Positions 1 through 11,390 of a DNA stretch of 64,000 nucleotides are shown in pieces. Origin of the DNA: an uncultured bacterium (GTDB taxonomy: Bacteria; Zixibacteria; MSB-5A5; UBA10806); assembly GCA_965541585.1 (NCBI GenBank), contig CBEUCH010000005.1, positions 64,001 to 128,000 of the forward strand, read 5' to 3'. The number at the start of each line of letters is the position of its first letter. Within the stretch, counting starts at the first letter, position 1. The notes beneath the pieces are model-generated. The model searched no databases, was not told where the DNA came from, and worked only from the letters and a program-made list of their open reading frames with translations. Position numbers and translations under genes: made by a program.

Positions 1-163
1 CTATCAGATAATCACCCAGCTTGCGTGCGGTATCCAGATAGATCGCATGGCCGGCATGAATCAGATCGAAACAGCCATTGGTGAAGACGACTTTTTTTCC
101 CTGGCGCCTTAGTCTTTCGCGGATCCTGGCGGCTCCGGCCTGGGTTACGATTCTGGTGTTCAT
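1..163 (-). CDS. rfaE2: D-glycero-beta-D-manno-heptose 1-phosphate adenylyltransferase (5' part; runs off window)
   Basis: Manual translation [43 protein letters not shown] contains the FTNGCFD..HxGH cytidylyltransferase-family motif. Its ATG overlaps the upstream stop (ATGA). Not in the ORF track. Confidence 0.9.
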   Translation of the reverse strand, partial: MNTRIVTQAGAARIRERLRRQGKKVVFTNGCFDLIHAGHAIYLDTARKLGDYLI

Positions 164-1143
164 TCTCTCTCGAGCAGCACCTTTCTCAATTCCACTTGCG
201 TTATCCTGGCGGTTCCGAATTTGGCGACGGCCAATCCGGCGGCGACATTCGATATAAAAGCCGCCTCCTGCATGGTCGCTCCGGCCAATCGCGCCACACT
301 CAGGGTGGCAATGACCGTATCCCCTGCACCCGTGACATCGTAGACCGTCCTGGCTTCTACCGGAATATCTGTCCTGATACGATCCTTCTCGAACAGAGTC
401 ATGCCCTTCTCTCCCAATGTGATCAGAAGAGATTCCAGGTGAAGCGAATCTATCAGATCCCAGCCCACCTCCTCGAGTATCTTATCGCTGGTAATCCGCC
501 TCCCGGAAACGAAACCGGCCTCATGATGGTTGGGCGTGATTACCGAGACATTCCGGTAATTCCTGAAATGAATCTCCTTGGGATCCACTGCTATGAACTT
601 ACCGGCATCATTGGCCAGGGATATCAGTTCGGAGAGCAGTTGGTAGGTTATCACGCCTTTCCCGTAATCCGAAATAATGACCCCATCGACCCTGGCCATC
701 TGTTTTCTAATCTTCTCCAGTAAAGCTTCAATAACACCATCGCCGATCTCGGAGGTTACTTCCCGGTCTATCCGGACCACCTGCTGGCTGTGTGCAACTA
801 TCCGGGTTTTAACTGTCGTCGAACGATTTGAATCAACCACCAGATGCTCAGGTTGAATCTTACATGCGGATATGTTTCTTTTAAACATCTCCGCAAACGA
901 GTCATCGCCCACGACCCCTATCAGGGTAGCTTTGGCGCCGAGGGCGCTGACATTGGCGGCAACGTTGGCGGCGCCGCCGGGATTTGACGTCTCCTTATGC
1001 ACCTGAACGACCGGCACCGGTGCCTCCGGGGAGATGCGATCGACATTTCCCCACAGGTAGCGGTCGAGCATCAGATCCCCCAGCACCATTACGTTAACGC
1101 CCTGAAAACTGCCTGTTATTCTTTCAACTGTCTCTTTGTTCAT
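160..1143 (-). CDS. rfaE1: D-glycero-beta-D-manno-heptose-7-phosphate kinase (PfkB family)
   Basis: [26 protein letters not shown] and DVTGAGDTV motifs. Likely start MNKET at 1143; the ORF extends to 1212. Confidence 0.92.
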   Translation of the reverse strand: MNKETVERITGSFQGVNVMVLGDLMLDRYLWGNVDRISPEAPVPVVQVHKETSNPGGAANVAANVSALGAKATLIGVVGDDSFAEMFKRNISACKIQPEHLVVDSNRSTTVKTRIVAHSQQVVRIDREVTSEIGDGVIEALLEKIRKQMARVDGVIISDYGKGVITYQLLSELISLANDAGKFIAVDPKEIHFRNYRNVSVITPNHHEAGFVSGRRITSDKILEEVGWDLIDSLHLESLLITLGEKGMTLFEKDRIRTDIPVEARTVYDVTGAGDTVIATLSVARLAGATMQEAAFISNVAAGLAVAKFGTARITQVELRKVLLERE

Positions 1144-1258
1144 AACCACCGAGTTCGCTCTAAATACCTTGACACGAAAGGGAATTATATTAAAATTGAA
1201 GTCTTTAGGCAATAGGTATTGGCGCTATTTGCTAACGCCATCGGGTAAAGGAGAAGTG

Positions 1259-1573
1259 ATGCAACAAAAGCCGCGGCAATTAAACATAGAACTGGGCGAA
1301 AAAGAATCGGAGGGGATCTATTCTAACCTGGCTTTGATCGTCCACTCCCCGCAAGAGATGATCATTGATTTTGCCCGGGTGATGCCGGGAGCTCAAAAAA
1401 CAAAGGTTCTGGCACGAATAATAATGACGCCGGCCCATGCCAAGATGCTGCACAAAGCCCTGGAGGAGAATATAAAAAAATACGAGGGTCAATTCGGCCA
1501 GATTAAGATTCAGGGCGATGCCGGTAAAAGCATAGGTTTCCAGGCCACCGACAAGGATAGTCCCCGGAAATGA
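1259..1573 (+). CDS. DUF3467-like small conserved protein
   Basis: EGIYSNLALIVHSPQEMIIDF...ARIIMTPAHAKML..AL.ENI..YE..FG.I pattern. RBS AAGGAG precedes ATG 1259. Confidence 0.8.
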   Translation: MQQKPRQLNIELGEKESEGIYSNLALIVHSPQEMIIDFARVMPGAQKTKVLARIIMTPAHAKMLHKALEENIKKYEGQFGQIKIQGDAGKSIGFQATDKDSPRK

Positions 1574-3285
1574 TCAGGGGATATTTTACCTTTGTCTTAC
1601 ATTCTCATCTTCCTTACGTACTCGGTCACGGGAGATGGCCTCACGGCACGGACTGGCTCAATGAAGCATCGGCGGAAACATATATTCCTCTGCTTCAAAC
1701 CTGCGACAGTCTGATAGAACAGGGCATATCGCCAAAATTCACCATTGGGATTTCTCCGGTACTCTGCGAGCAGCTTGCGCATGATGCTTTCAAAACGAAT
1801 TTCGTCGATTACCTGAGGCATCGGATTGAGGCGGCCGCAGGCGATGCCGAGGAGTTTTATCGTACTGGTCAGGACGATTTTTTGAAACTCGCCCACAACT
1901 GGGAGGATTTTTACAAACGGGCGCTGAGCACCTTTACCGAGACTTACAACCAGGATATAGTCGCGCAGTTTCGCCGGCTACAGGATGCCGGGCATATCGA
2001 GATTATAACCTGTGCTGCCACTCATGGCTACCTGCCGCTTCTTTCGCAGGATGAATCATGCCAGGCGCAGATAAAGCAGGCTATTGCATCGTACCGCCGG
2101 AATTTCGGAAAAGACCCCAGAGGCATCTGGCTTCCCGAGTGCGCATACAGGCCCTCCTACGACTGGAGCGCTCCGGTTAAGGTTGAAGGCCTGCCTGACG
2201 GCTATAAGAGAAAGGGAATCGAGGAGTTTCTCTCGGAAAACGGGATTGAATATTTCTTCATAGATAGCGCGACCCTCAGGGGCGGAAAAGCTATCGGTGT
2301 CTATATGGACAGGTTTGACGCCCTGAGAACGCTCTGGGGAAAGTTCGAAAAGCAGTATGAACCACGCTCCGAAGAGCAGGAGAAAACTCCGCTCTCGGTC
2401 TATCTTGTCGGCGACAAGGACGGTCAGCAACCTGTGGGAGTATTCACACGTCATCCGGAAACCAGCCTTCAGGTATGGTCCGGAGAATGGGGATATCCCG
2501 GTGATAGTCACTACCTCGACTTTCATAAGAAAAGATTTCCCGGAGGACATCGCTATTGGAAAGTGACATCATCCAAGTCGGACCTGGCGGATAAATCCAT
2601 CTACGATCCTGCTCCGATTTCAGATAGGCTGGAGGAGAACTCCTCGCATTTCGCAAATCTGGTGGCGCATCAGCTCCTGGATCACCATGAAAAAACAGGG
2701 GAGCCAGGGATCGTTGTAGCGCCATTCGATTCAGAGTTGTTCGGTCACTGGTGGTTCGAGGGTCCTTTATTTCTTCGAAAGGCCATGGAGAAAATAGCGG
2801 CCTCGAGTGAAATAGGCCTTTGCACGGCCGGCGAGTACTACGACATGTCCAGACCGTCGAACGTAATCACACTTCCGGAAGGCTCCTGGGGTGAGGGTGG
2901 ATTTCATTATATCTGGCTTAACGAGTGGACCGACTGGACCTGGAAGCATGTGTACGAAGATGAATTAAAGATGAAAGAGCTCGCCGGTCGATATAAAAAA
3001 GGCAAAGAGCTCGAGAAACGTATCATAACCCAGGCAGCACGAGAGCTGATGCTTTTGTCCTCTTCCGATTGGCAATTTCTAATTTCAACCTGGGCCGCCA
3101 GGGATTATGCCGAGGCCAGGATCGCCGCCCACCATGAGGCCTTTCAGCGACTGGCGCAGATGGCCGATAAGGCTGATAACCTCTCCCCCGGAGAATTGTC
3201 TTATCTTGTCGACCTGGAACAGAGGGATGATATATTTCCCGATTTAGACCCAACGTGGTTTGAAAAGGTGGAATTCCCGGCATAA
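1570..3285 (+). CDS. GH57 family 1,4-alpha-glucan branching enzyme (DUF1957 C-terminus)
   Basis: HSHLPY, ETYIPLL, CAATHGYLPL, GIWLPECAY, PFDSELFGHWWFEG and SSDWQF conserved regions. Confidence 0.92.
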   Translation: MIRGYFTFVLHSHLPYVLGHGRWPHGTDWLNEASAETYIPLLQTCDSLIEQGISPKFTIGISPVLCEQLAHDAFKTNFVDYLRHRIEAAAGDAEEFYRTGQDDFLKLAHNWEDFYKRALSTFTETYNQDIVAQFRRLQDAGHIEIITCAATHGYLPLLSQDESCQAQIKQAIASYRRNFGKDPRGIWLPECAYRPSYDWSAPVKVEGLPDGYKRKGIEEFLSENGIEYFFIDSATLRGGKAIGVYMDRFDALRTLWGKFEKQYEPRSEEQEKTPLSVYLVGDKDGQQPVGVFTRHPETSLQVWSGEWGYPGDSHYLDFHKKRFPGGHRYWKVTSSKSDLADKSIYDPAPISDRLEENSSHFANLVAHQLLDHHEKTGEPGIVVAPFDSELFGHWWFEGPLFLRKAMEKIAASSEIGLCTAGEYYDMSRPSNVITLPEGSWGEGGFHYIWLNEWTDWTWKHVYEDELKMKELAGRYKKGKELEKRIITQAARELMLLSSSDWQFLISTWAARDYAEARIAAHHEAFQRLAQMADKADNLSPGELSYLVDLEQRDDIFPDLDPTWFEKVEFPA

Positions 3286-3291
3286 TCCAGC

Positions 3292-3852
3292 ATGGATTTT
3301 TCCATGAAAAAGCGAGCGACGCGATTTATTAGTATTATCGGATCATCTGTTTGCCTGGCCGCGATTCTGGCTTCATTCTGCGGTACCGCAAACGATCACG
3401 AGCAAATAAAGAAAAAGAAGATGCCTGATCTGCATTATGCCTATGCGGATTTCGATAGCGCCATGTTCAGTATCGATGAGTCTATTGCCTGCACCATGGA
3501 GCTTTACGCGTTGAACCCGCAGGTTTTTGGAGATCCTGTAGGAATCATATTCACATTTACAGATTCGCTATACCTTTCTCCCTCCGGCCGGCAGACAGCC
3601 TTGATTCTAGCAGATGAGTCCTGGGAACCGCCCCCGGGCATTATCATAGAGACCATATCAGGGGGTGAAGCGCTGGTATACGATTGCTATCGTCACTACG
3701 ACAGCCTCGATGCCTGCTGGAGAGAAATAGCTGATCTCGCCCGCGGACAGAAGCTTTCCTGCATCCCGCCGGGAATCGAAATTTATAGGGGATTCGGAAC
3801 CGAATCATCGGTCGATTCCTCCTCGGCGCAATTAATCATACGTATACGATAA
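3292..3852 (+). CDS. Exported hypothetical protein, possibly GyrI-like ligand-binding domain
   Basis: N-terminal hydrophobic segment. HYDSLDACWREI and EIY segments loosely resemble the GyrI-like fold. Confidence 0.45.
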   Translation: MDFSMKKRATRFISIIGSSVCLAAILASFCGTANDHEQIKKKKMPDLHYAYADFDSAMFSIDESIACTMELYALNPQVFGDPVGIIFTFTDSLYLSPSGRQTALILADESWEPPPGIIIETISGGEALVYDCYRHYDSLDACWREIADLARGQKLSCIPPGIEIYRGFGTESSVDSSSAQLIIRIR

Positions 3853-3874
3853 GGGGCGGTCAAAAAACCGCCCC
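3853..3874. terminator. Hairpin between convergent genes
   Basis: GGGGCGGT-caaaaa-ACCGCCCC perfect inverted repeat. Confidence 0.6.
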
Positions 3875-3912
3875 GAGTCACCGAGCCGTTTATAAAAGGA
3901 GAGTATTACTGC

Positions 3913-5652
3913 CTAAAATTCCTCAACCAGGCTAACAGTTATGCCCCAGCTTGCCGGATCGCGCGGCTTGGCGGCGTTCCAGTCATTGAAGGAGTGTGAA
4001 CCGTCGGTTACGAAAATCACTTCGTATTTTCCTGGTTCCAGGATAATAGTATCATCGTATAATCTGTTCTTTCTGGCGCCGCCGGCAGGCTCGGTATTCC
4101 TCCATGTCATTTCCCAGACCGATCTTCCGGTTCTGTCGTCGGCTATCCACCCATAATCCCACATTTCTTCGCGATCACCCTCACCGATTGCATAGATCCG
4201 GATTTTGGTTCTCTTATCGAAATCAAATTTCCCGCGTCGCCGTTGGTTATCTCGCAGGCCCGTCATCTTAGCCACGATATCGGCGCCTCTCTTTATCTCA
4301 GATTCGTCCAGAAGCTTAAATTTGGAATTATCAAAATCCCTGCCGGGGTAAATGGATAATCCCCAGGACCGGAGTTCATAAGGCGAAGATGCATTCCAAT
4401 CGCGGAAGGAATGGGAACCGTCCGTTATATAATGCGCAATATAGTAACCCTTCGGCAACGTAATGAGACCGTCGAATTGCCTGTTTTTGGAGGCGCCGCC
4501 CGCATGATCCGTGTTGCGGCGAGTCATTTCCCATACGATTTTGCCTGTCGAGGCATTCTCTATCCAGCCGTAGTCGACGAAATCCCGGCCCCCCGAGCTG
4601 TATTCGCCGATGGCAAAAATTCTCAATGATTGGTCTTTTTCAAGCTGAAATGCCTGAGAGATAAATTCATCGTTGCCGGCTCTTGTCAGATCGACAAGAA
4701 CATCTCCTCGCCCTTCGGGTGTGAATGTTTGAAACGCCTTTTTATCCGATTCCTTTTCCGCCAGAAGAGCGACGCCCCAGTTGAGAGGATCATAGGGAGG
4801 TAATACATTGAAATCATCATGTGAATGGGAACCGTCCGTAACATAATATACTAAGTAATTGCCTTTTTTGAAATCCACTACCTCATTGGAATATCTATTT
4901 TTCCTGCCGCCGCCGGCTGGATCGGTATTCCAGCGATCCATCTCCCAGATCTTGTTTCCGCTTTCGGCTTCAGTTATCCAGGCGTGATCAACCGGGCTTT
5001 TGTAGTTCGATGGATATTCAGAAAGCGCGTATATCCTGATTTTCATCGGCCTATCGAGAGAGAAACCTCGCCGGAGATATTCGGAATCTCCGACCCTGTT
5101 GACCTGAAGAAGGGCACCCGTAATCTCGCCGTCGGGATCGAACAGCTTATAATCCTGAAAACCATCCTCAGGGGGGTGAACCGCTATATAGAATTCATCG
5201 ATGTAATCTTCGGTATCCTCATCCAGGTCGCCTTCGAACAGATCTCCCAGGAACTCAAATATGTTCCTGCCATTGATATATAGCTTGCCGCTCCAGCGCC
5301 CGGCGGCATAATAGTAAAGTTCATATCTTCCCGGTTTGAGAAAGACTGTTTTCTCTGCGCTACGCAATCCCTTCCGCCCCTTGCGATCGGATTTGCCTCT
5401 TTCCATCACCCAGATCGGTTCCCTGGTCGCTCCATCCAGCAGCCACCCGTAGGCGTTGAGATCATCATTCCGAACAGATCGCCCGACAGCCTTAACCGTA
5501 AATTCGGCCCCTTTCTTAATCTCGAAGCCGGCTGATTCGACCCTATCTGCTCTTATATTATCGATTTTCACTATTGGTTCACCGGCGAAGATCCAAGCCG
5601 CTGTGCCCGCCAGAATCACTGCGGTTGCTGCTATCGTTTCTCGGGTATTCAT
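3913..5652 (-). CDS. Secreted hypothetical protein of four tandem ~130-aa repeats
   Basis: Signal peptide. Repeated YGWI..WEM..NT..AGG..KNR..G.Y..Y.TDGSHS..DWN..P..P..WG motif. Confidence 0.85.
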   Translation of the reverse strand: MNTRETIAATAVILAGTAAWIFAGEPIVKIDNIRADRVESAGFEIKKGAEFTVKAVGRSVRNDDLNAYGWLLDGATREPIWVMERGKSDRKGRKGLRSAEKTVFLKPGRYELYYYAAGRWSGKLYINGRNIFEFLGDLFEGDLDEDTEDYIDEFYIAVHPPEDGFQDYKLFDPDGEITGALLQVNRVGDSEYLRRGFSLDRPMKIRIYALSEYPSNYKSPVDHAWITEAESGNKIWEMDRWNTDPAGGGRKNRYSNEVVDFKKGNYLVYYVTDGSHSHDDFNVLPPYDPLNWGVALLAEKESDKKAFQTFTPEGRGDVLVDLTRAGNDEFISQAFQLEKDQSLRIFAIGEYSSGGRDFVDYGWIENASTGKIVWEMTRRNTDHAGGASKNRQFDGLITLPKGYYIAHYITDGSHSFRDWNASSPYELRSWGLSIYPGRDFDNSKFKLLDESEIKRGADIVAKMTGLRDNQRRRGKFDFDKRTKIRIYAIGEGDREEMWDYGWIADDRTGRSVWEMTWRNTEPAGGARKNRLYDDTIILEPGKYEVIFVTDGSHSFNDWNAAKPRDPASWGITVSLVEEF

Positions 5653-5749
5653 ATTAACCTCCCCGCAAATTCCGATACTCTATACCCCAATATTGATTAC
5701 GAGAAGTATGCTGGAATGTTTCATTGATAAAGAGTTTACATAAAACGAA

Positions 5750-5773
5750 GGGCCGAGGCAGATGCCTCGGCCC
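5750..5773 (-). terminator. Hairpin downstream of the sigma-70 gene
   Basis: GGGCCGAGGCA-ga-TGCCTCGGCCC, followed by TTCGTTTT on the minus strand. Confidence 0.75.
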
Positions 5774-5795
5774 GATCCGCTAAATTTCGAAACGC

Positions 5796-7295
5796 TCAGA
5801 GCATATCCACGCACTCTCGAAGTTTTGTCGATCTCGTTTTATGCCTGAGTTTTTTGAGGGCTTTGGCCTCGATCTGCCTGATCCGCTCCCGGGTTAGATC
5901 GAATATAAGCCCGACTTCCTCCAGTGTTCTCGGAAGGCCGTCCGACATACCGAAACGCAATCGGATAACCTCCTCCTCCCTGTCGGTAAGAGTGCTCAGC
6001 ACTTTTTCAACTTGATCCTGCAGGTAAACGAATGAAGCCTTCCCGCTTGTCGTTGAGAACTGGGGATCGGCGATAAGATTGGACATCTGGTTGTCCTCGT
6101 CATCGCCTATGGGCTTTGAAAGGGATACCGTCTGCGGTATGATGCTCAATATATCTTCGATCTTGTCGGTGGCCAGCCCCACCTTTGCAGAGAGTTCAGG
6201 GATGCTTGGCCTGCGGCCGAGCTTCTGAAATAGGGCCTGAGAGGCCTTTGCAACCCTCCCGTACTGGCTGTTCAAATACATCGGTGTCCGTATGGTCTTT
6301 GCCTGTTCGGACAGAGCCCTCGTTATCGCCTGCCTTATCCACCAGGAGGCGTAGGTTCCGAATTTGAATCCCTTCCGATAGTCAAACTTATCCACGGCCT
6401 TGACCAGTCCGGAATTGCCTTCCTGTATAAGGTCTAAGAACTCCATTCCGCGGCCGATATATTTTCTGGCTATTGAGATGACCAATCGCATATTGGCCTC
6501 TATCATGATCCGTTTGGCCTTGGCTAACTCCGACTCTAAGAATTCCAGTCGCCTTTTGAGGATCTCCAACTCCGATTGCGGCATCTCCTCGGCAAAGAGA
6601 TACTCCGAGAGATCCGAGTCCATTTTTTTGGTTATGGTGTTAAGGGGCCGATGATATCGGCGGCTTCCGTCAACCTGAATTTTGAAGTCCAGAACCAATT
6701 TTTCCAAAAACTCGAGATTGAAATTGAACTTCTCAATCTCTTTGAACAATTTTTGGCGGTTTTTTAGCCGCTTTTCGAGTATCCTGTCGATACCCTCGCC
6801 CGTGAAATCCAGATTATCACATTTGCTGCCCTCCAGAAGATCCTGGATCTTCTTCAATCTCGTGACAACCTTCTGTCTTTCGCGCTTGATGTTTTCAGGG
6901 GCAAACCAGCGGCAAGTCTCCGGTGAAACAATATCCTCCAGCCGGGATTCTTTCGAAGCCAACTTTCCCTGACAGGAAATCAGCGTATCCAGAACTACTG
7001 TTGAGGAAAAAACAATCTTCTTTATACCTATCTTGTGCCCCTCGATTCTTCGAGCGACTTTCACCTCCTGTTCTCTGGATAGAATCTTATAACGTCCCAG
7101 GTCTCTGAAGTAAACGTAGGCCGGATCCGCGCCGGTGTCGGCCGGATCGACTATGCCGTGCCCCACAACTAATCGTTTTCTCTCCGGTTTCTCCGGACTT
7201 AAATCCCCTCCGGAATCCCGGTCGATTTTTCCTCTGGCGGCACTGATGCTCTTCGTACGTCCGCCTTTATCAGACTCTCGCGTCATTTGCCTCAA
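5796..7295 (-). CDS. rpoD: RNA polymerase sigma-70 factor, RpoD-like (divergent)
   Basis: [47 protein letters not shown] and [17 protein letters not shown] motifs. Lies directly after dnaG. Confidence 0.8.
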   Translation of the reverse strand: MRQMTRESDKGGRTKSISAARGKIDRDSGGDLSPEKPERKRLVVGHGIVDPADTGADPAYVYFRDLGRYKILSREQEVKVARRIEGHKIGIKKIVFSSTVVLDTLISCQGKLASKESRLEDIVSPETCRWFAPENIKRERQKVVTRLKKIQDLLEGSKCDNLDFTGEGIDRILEKRLKNRQKLFKEIEKFNFNLEFLEKLVLDFKIQVDGSRRYHRPLNTITKKMDSDLSEYLFAEEMPQSELEILKRRLEFLESELAKAKRIMIEANMRLVISIARKYIGRGMEFLDLIQEGNSGLVKAVDKFDYRKGFKFGTYASWWIRQAITRALSEQAKTIRTPMYLNSQYGRVAKASQALFQKLGRRPSIPELSAKVGLATDKIEDILSIIPQTVSLSKPIGDDEDNQMSNLIADPQFSTTSGKASFVYLQDQVEKVLSTLTDREEEVIRLRFGMSDGLPRTLEEVGLIFDLTRERIRQIEAKALKKLRHKTRSTKLRECVDML

Positions 7296-9015
7296 CCTCG
7301 AGTTTTAGGTTTTGAAACTCCCGGGTTAAAATCTCTATTCTATTTTTATCAGACATTCTCTCCGCCTCTCCAATCTGTCCTTTCAGCTCATCCAGACGTT
7401 TTCTGAGAGAGATCAGTCTGAATTTCTTTAGATATTCCTCAAATTCCGGCTCCCAGTCGGAAGTCAATTGCTCCTGAAGGGCTATTTCCCGCAGCCGGCG
7501 GCTGGCTCCGTTATCGCCAATCTTTTCGGATAAATCGGATATATCCAGCTCTGTCTCATCAGCACAGGCACCCACCATAGCAGCGAATATTTTGCCGTAG
7601 CTGCTCTCTGCAAACAACGACTTCTCCACCAGTCCATCGCTTCTGAGAATCAATTCCGGATGCGCCAGAAGAAGTGCCAGAAACTTCCTTTCAAATCGAT
7701 CCCTTCCCGATGATAGTTGCTCCTCGGCACCAGTTCTCACGACCCGGCCGGTGTCGCTGATGATGCCGAGGGTTTTCAGATCGATGCCCAGCCTTTCGAA
7801 CATCTTTTTCGAAAGCAACTCCCTCGTCAGTTTATCCTCAACGGGAGCCGTTAGCTCTGTCAGAACGCCGATTATCCTTTTTTGCCTCGACAGCGTCTGC
7901 TCAGAAAAACGTCCTTCTATAGTCTGTTCTATGAAGTCTATAATATCCACTGCCCCGGCAATCAATCCGGAGAGCTCCCCGGCCCCTCTGTCTCTGACGA
8001 AGCTATCGGGATCGAAGCCTCTGGGTAATCTGACCAACCGCGGCTCCAGACCCGAGTTATATAGAATTCCGCAGGCCCTGAAAGCGGCCTTGACGCCGGC
8101 GGAATCCGAATCATAGAGAAGGACTACTCTTTCGCAGAAACGTGCTAATAGAGCCGCCTGCCCGGCGGTGAAGCCAGTGCCGCTGGCGGCAACCACGTTT
8201 TTTATGCCGGCTTGGTGCAACGTTATTAAATCAAAATATCCTTCGACGACGACTGCCTCATTTTTGGTGCGCACTTCGTTCTTCGAAACCTCAAGGCCAT
8301 ACAATAATCGGCCTTTCTTATATACCTCCGTTTCGGGTGAGTTAATATATTTGGGAGAATCATCCCCGGGCAAAACGCGGCCACCGAAGCCAACGATTCT
8401 TCCCGCAATGGTCCTGATCGGGATCATTAATCTGTTACGAAAACGATCGTAATATCCCTCCTTTTTAATCGCCAGACCTGCCCTCTCCAAGTCTGAGGGT
8501 TTGATACCTTTCGGGGACACCGCCTTTATAAGACCATCCCAGCCGGGAGGCGCAAAGCCGATACCGAATATTTGCGCAATTGACTTTTCAATCCCCCGCG
8601 ATTTAAGATATCTTATCGCGGTCACCGAGGATCTACTCCATAACGAGTTTTCGAAATAACCTGCTGCATGGGACAGAGCATTATACAGCTGGTCGCTATC
8701 CGATTTCAAATTCCCGGTTTCCGGGATAGAAATGCCTGCTTTGGCCGCCAGATATCTTAAAGCTCCGGGATAATCAAAACGCTCATGCTCCATAATGAAG
8801 TTGATAACGTTTCCGCCCTTGCTGCATCCGAAACAATGATAGAATCCTCTGGAGGGAACCACGTAGAACGAGGGCGTTTTCTCCTGGTGGAACGGACAGA
8901 GACCCTTATAATCCTTGCCGCTTTTTTTTAAGTTTACAAACTCGGTAATGACAGCAACGATGTCGGATTCGTTTGTAATCCGCTCGACAATATCTTTCGG
9001 GATCAAAGCCGCCAT
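7270..9015 (-). CDS. dnaG: DNA primase
   Basis: [15 protein letters not shown] zinc finger, [26 protein letters not shown]. Confidence 0.97.
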   Translation of the reverse strand: MAALIPKDIVERITNESDIVAVITEFVNLKKSGKDYKGLCPFHQEKTPSFYVVPSRGFYHCFGCSKGGNVINFIMEHERFDYPGALRYLAAKAGISIPETGNLKSDSDQLYNALSHAAGYFENSLWSRSSVTAIRYLKSRGIEKSIAQIFGIGFAPPGWDGLIKAVSPKGIKPSDLERAGLAIKKEGYYDRFRNRLMIPIRTIAGRIVGFGGRVLPGDDSPKYINSPETEVYKKGRLLYGLEVSKNEVRTKNEAVVVEGYFDLITLHQAGIKNVVAASGTGFTAGQAALLARFCERVVLLYDSDSAGVKAAFRACGILYNSGLEPRLVRLPRGFDPDSFVRDRGAGELSGLIAGAVDIIDFIEQTIEGRFSEQTLSRQKRIIGVLTELTAPVEDKLTRELLSKKMFERLGIDLKTLGIISDTGRVVRTGAEEQLSSGRDRFERKFLALLLAHPELILRSDGLVEKSLFAESSYGKIFAAMVGACADETELDISDLSEKIGDNGASRRLREIALQEQLTSDWEPEFEEYLKKFRLISLRKRLDELKGQIGEAERMSDKNRIEILTREFQNLKLEVEANDARV

Positions 9016-11367
9016 TCACTCCGCCTTAAGCGTTAAGACCGAAACCCCGGTCGAACCCTCATTCCAGTTACCCAGTCTGAAAGATGCCACCCGTTGATTT
9101 TGCCCCAGGAAATCCTGCACCTTCTTTCGCAATGCACCGGTGCCCTTTCCGTGAATGATCGTAACTTGCTCCAGGCCAGCATTGCAGGCATCGTCGATAT
9201 ACCGCTGAATCAACGGTTCGGCTTCCTCAAATGTCATACCTCTTATATCCAGATCGAGACCCGGCTCAGGAGAATAGTCCGATATTACCTTTGATTTAAG
9301 CGCCGATTTCCCATCCACGTTTTTGCGAAGCAGCCTGTCAAGCTCGGTGACCATATTGACATTTCCGATGCGAACTTTGACGCGCCCCATGGAATCGGCC
9401 GGTTCCAGGACTTCACCTTCCGCCTCGATGCCTATTATACGGACCTTTTCTCCGGGCAATCCTCGAGCCTGTTCTCCAGCCGGCACGGGGGACAGTTTCT
9501 GGATACTCTTCCTGGTCTTTTCAAGCTTTTCGGAGACCTCTTTTCGAATTTTCCTCAAGGTCTCCTCTTCCTTCGACTTTTCTTTGGCGACTTTGATCAA
9601 ATCGTCAAGCTCATCCTTCGCTTCCTTGACGATCTCCGCCGTTTTCTTGAGTTGATTCTTGCGTAATTCTTTTTCAGCCTTCTTCAGGGCTTCAAATTTC
9701 TCCTCGAATATTTTCACCAGCGATCCGTACTTCAGTCTGTCGGCTCTGGCGTTTTCCAATTGATTCGTAAGCTCGACCGATTTCTGGTTGAGTTCTGTTA
9801 CCAGGCGAGTAACATCCCTTTCTCTGCTGTCACGCAATTCCCAGGCACGATCGGTTACCTCCTCCGGAATTCCCAACCTTTTAGCAATCTCGACAGCGTA
9901 AGACGAGCCTGGAATGCCAGGCCGGAAATTGAAGGTCGGCTTCAGCTGTTCGGCGTCGAATTCCACGGAACCATTAACGACCCCTTCTACTTCGCCGGCA
10001 AGCGCCTTCAGCCTGCCGTGATGAGTCGTGATTACAGCGAAGCACGCCTTGCGCGATAGCAACTCCACCACCGCCTGCCCGATGGCGGAACCTTCGTCCG
10101 GGTCGGTACCGGCGCCAAGTTCATCGAGCAGCACAAGCGATTGAGAATCCGATCCCTCGATCGCTGTCTTGATATGACTGAGATGCGACGAATACGTGGA
10201 AAGAGAGCTGTCTATGGACTGTTCATCGCCTATATCAGCAAACATCTTCTCAAACAAGATGAATGTGGATTCTTCGTCCGCCGGAACGAAAAGACCGCTG
10301 GCCGCCATCAAAGATAGCAAACCGATCGCTTTTAACGCCACCGTTTTGCCGCCTGTATTCGGGCCGGTTATGATCAGGATATTGGAACCCTTGACCATTT
10401 CCACACTTAAAGGGACTACTGTATTTTCATTGTCTCTGGCGGCGTTCAAGACCAGGATCGGATGTCGGCCGTTTTTGATATTCAGCTCGCGAGAGTCCGA
10501 GAAGAGGGGACGCGATCCATTCAGTTCCTTGCTCAGACGGGAGCACCCGGCGATAAGATCAAGCCGGGATAGCAACTCGACATCCTCCTTAACCACGTCC
10601 AGATTAATATAAAGCATCTCGGAGAGATAACGAAGAATCCGGTTTACCTCTTCCCGTTCCCCGGTTTCGAGTTCGCGGTGGCGATTGTTCATTTCAACTG
10701 TCTCGGCAGGTTCAATGAAGAAAGTGGCTCCCGATGAGGACCTGTCATGGATGATGCCGGCAACATTGCCTTTATCCGTTTCGCGAACCGGCAGAACATA
10801 TCGACCCTCCCTGACCGTGAACAAATTGTCGGATAGAAATGATGCCGTTTCCGAATAAAGATATTTCTCGAACTTTTCATTGAGCTTTTCTTTTACCTGA
10901 TGGAGTTCACGACGGATTCGTTTGAGCTCCGGCGATGCAGAATCCTTTATATTGCCCGATTCATCAATAGACCTTTCTATTTCATGATGAAGATCCTGCG
11001 GATAGACCAACCTGGATGAGATTTCGCTCAACTTTTTGTATTTTTCCTTCAGACGCTGGCATTCAAACACCGTTTTGAAAAACGATGAATAATCCAATAA
11101 CTCCTTTGGCTCGAAAATCTCACCGGATGATGCCGCCTGCTCGAGTCTCCTGGCAAGATCTCCGAACTCCAGATCAGGCGGGCCGCCATCGAACCTGAAG
11201 AGATCGTTCATCTCCGAAATTAGATCCAACCTGGAGTCCAACGATTCAACATCGGTAATCGGATGAAGACCGGTGGCTTTACGTTTCCCAGGAGCGGAAC
11301 GGCAATGATACGCCAACCTGTCCAGAACCGTGGGATATTCCAGGATCTTGAGGGTATGGCCGGTCAC
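9016..11367 (-). CDS. mutS2: Endonuclease MutS2
   Basis: ITGPNTGGKT Walker A, DIGDEQSI..SLSTYS, LLDELGAGTDPDEG and C-terminal Smr domain (IIHGKGTGAL). Confidence 0.95.
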   Translation of the reverse strand: MTGHTLKILEYPTVLDRLAYHCRSAPGKRKATGLHPITDVESLDSRLDLISEMNDLFRFDGGPPDLEFGDLARRLEQAASSGEIFEPKELLDYSSFFKTVFECQRLKEKYKKLSEISSRLVYPQDLHHEIERSIDESGNIKDSASPELKRIRRELHQVKEKLNEKFEKYLYSETASFLSDNLFTVREGRYVLPVRETDKGNVAGIIHDRSSSGATFFIEPAETVEMNNRHRELETGEREEVNRILRYLSEMLYINLDVVKEDVELLSRLDLIAGCSRLSKELNGSRPLFSDSRELNIKNGRHPILVLNAARDNENTVVPLSVEMVKGSNILIITGPNTGGKTVALKAIGLLSLMAASGLFVPADEESTFILFEKMFADIGDEQSIDSSLSTYSSHLSHIKTAIEGSDSQSLVLLDELGAGTDPDEGSAIGQAVVELLSRKACFAVITTHHGRLKALAGEVEGVVNGSVEFDAEQLKPTFNFRPGIPGSSYAVEIAKRLGIPEEVTDRAWELRDSRERDVTRLVTELNQKSVELTNQLENARADRLKYGSLVKIFEEKFEALKKAEKELRKNQLKKTAEIVKEAKDELDDLIKVAKEKSKEEETLRKIRKEVSEKLEKTRKSIQKLSPVPAGEQARGLPGEKVRIIGIEAEGEVLEPADSMGRVKVRIGNVNMVTELDRLLRKNVDGKSALKSKVISDYSPEPGLDLDIRGMTFEEAEPLIQRYIDDACNAGLEQVTIIHGKGTGALRKKVQDFLGQNQRVASFRLGNWNEGSTGVSVLTLKAE

Positions 11368-11390
11368 GGGAAAGAAAATCCCCTCAGCAC

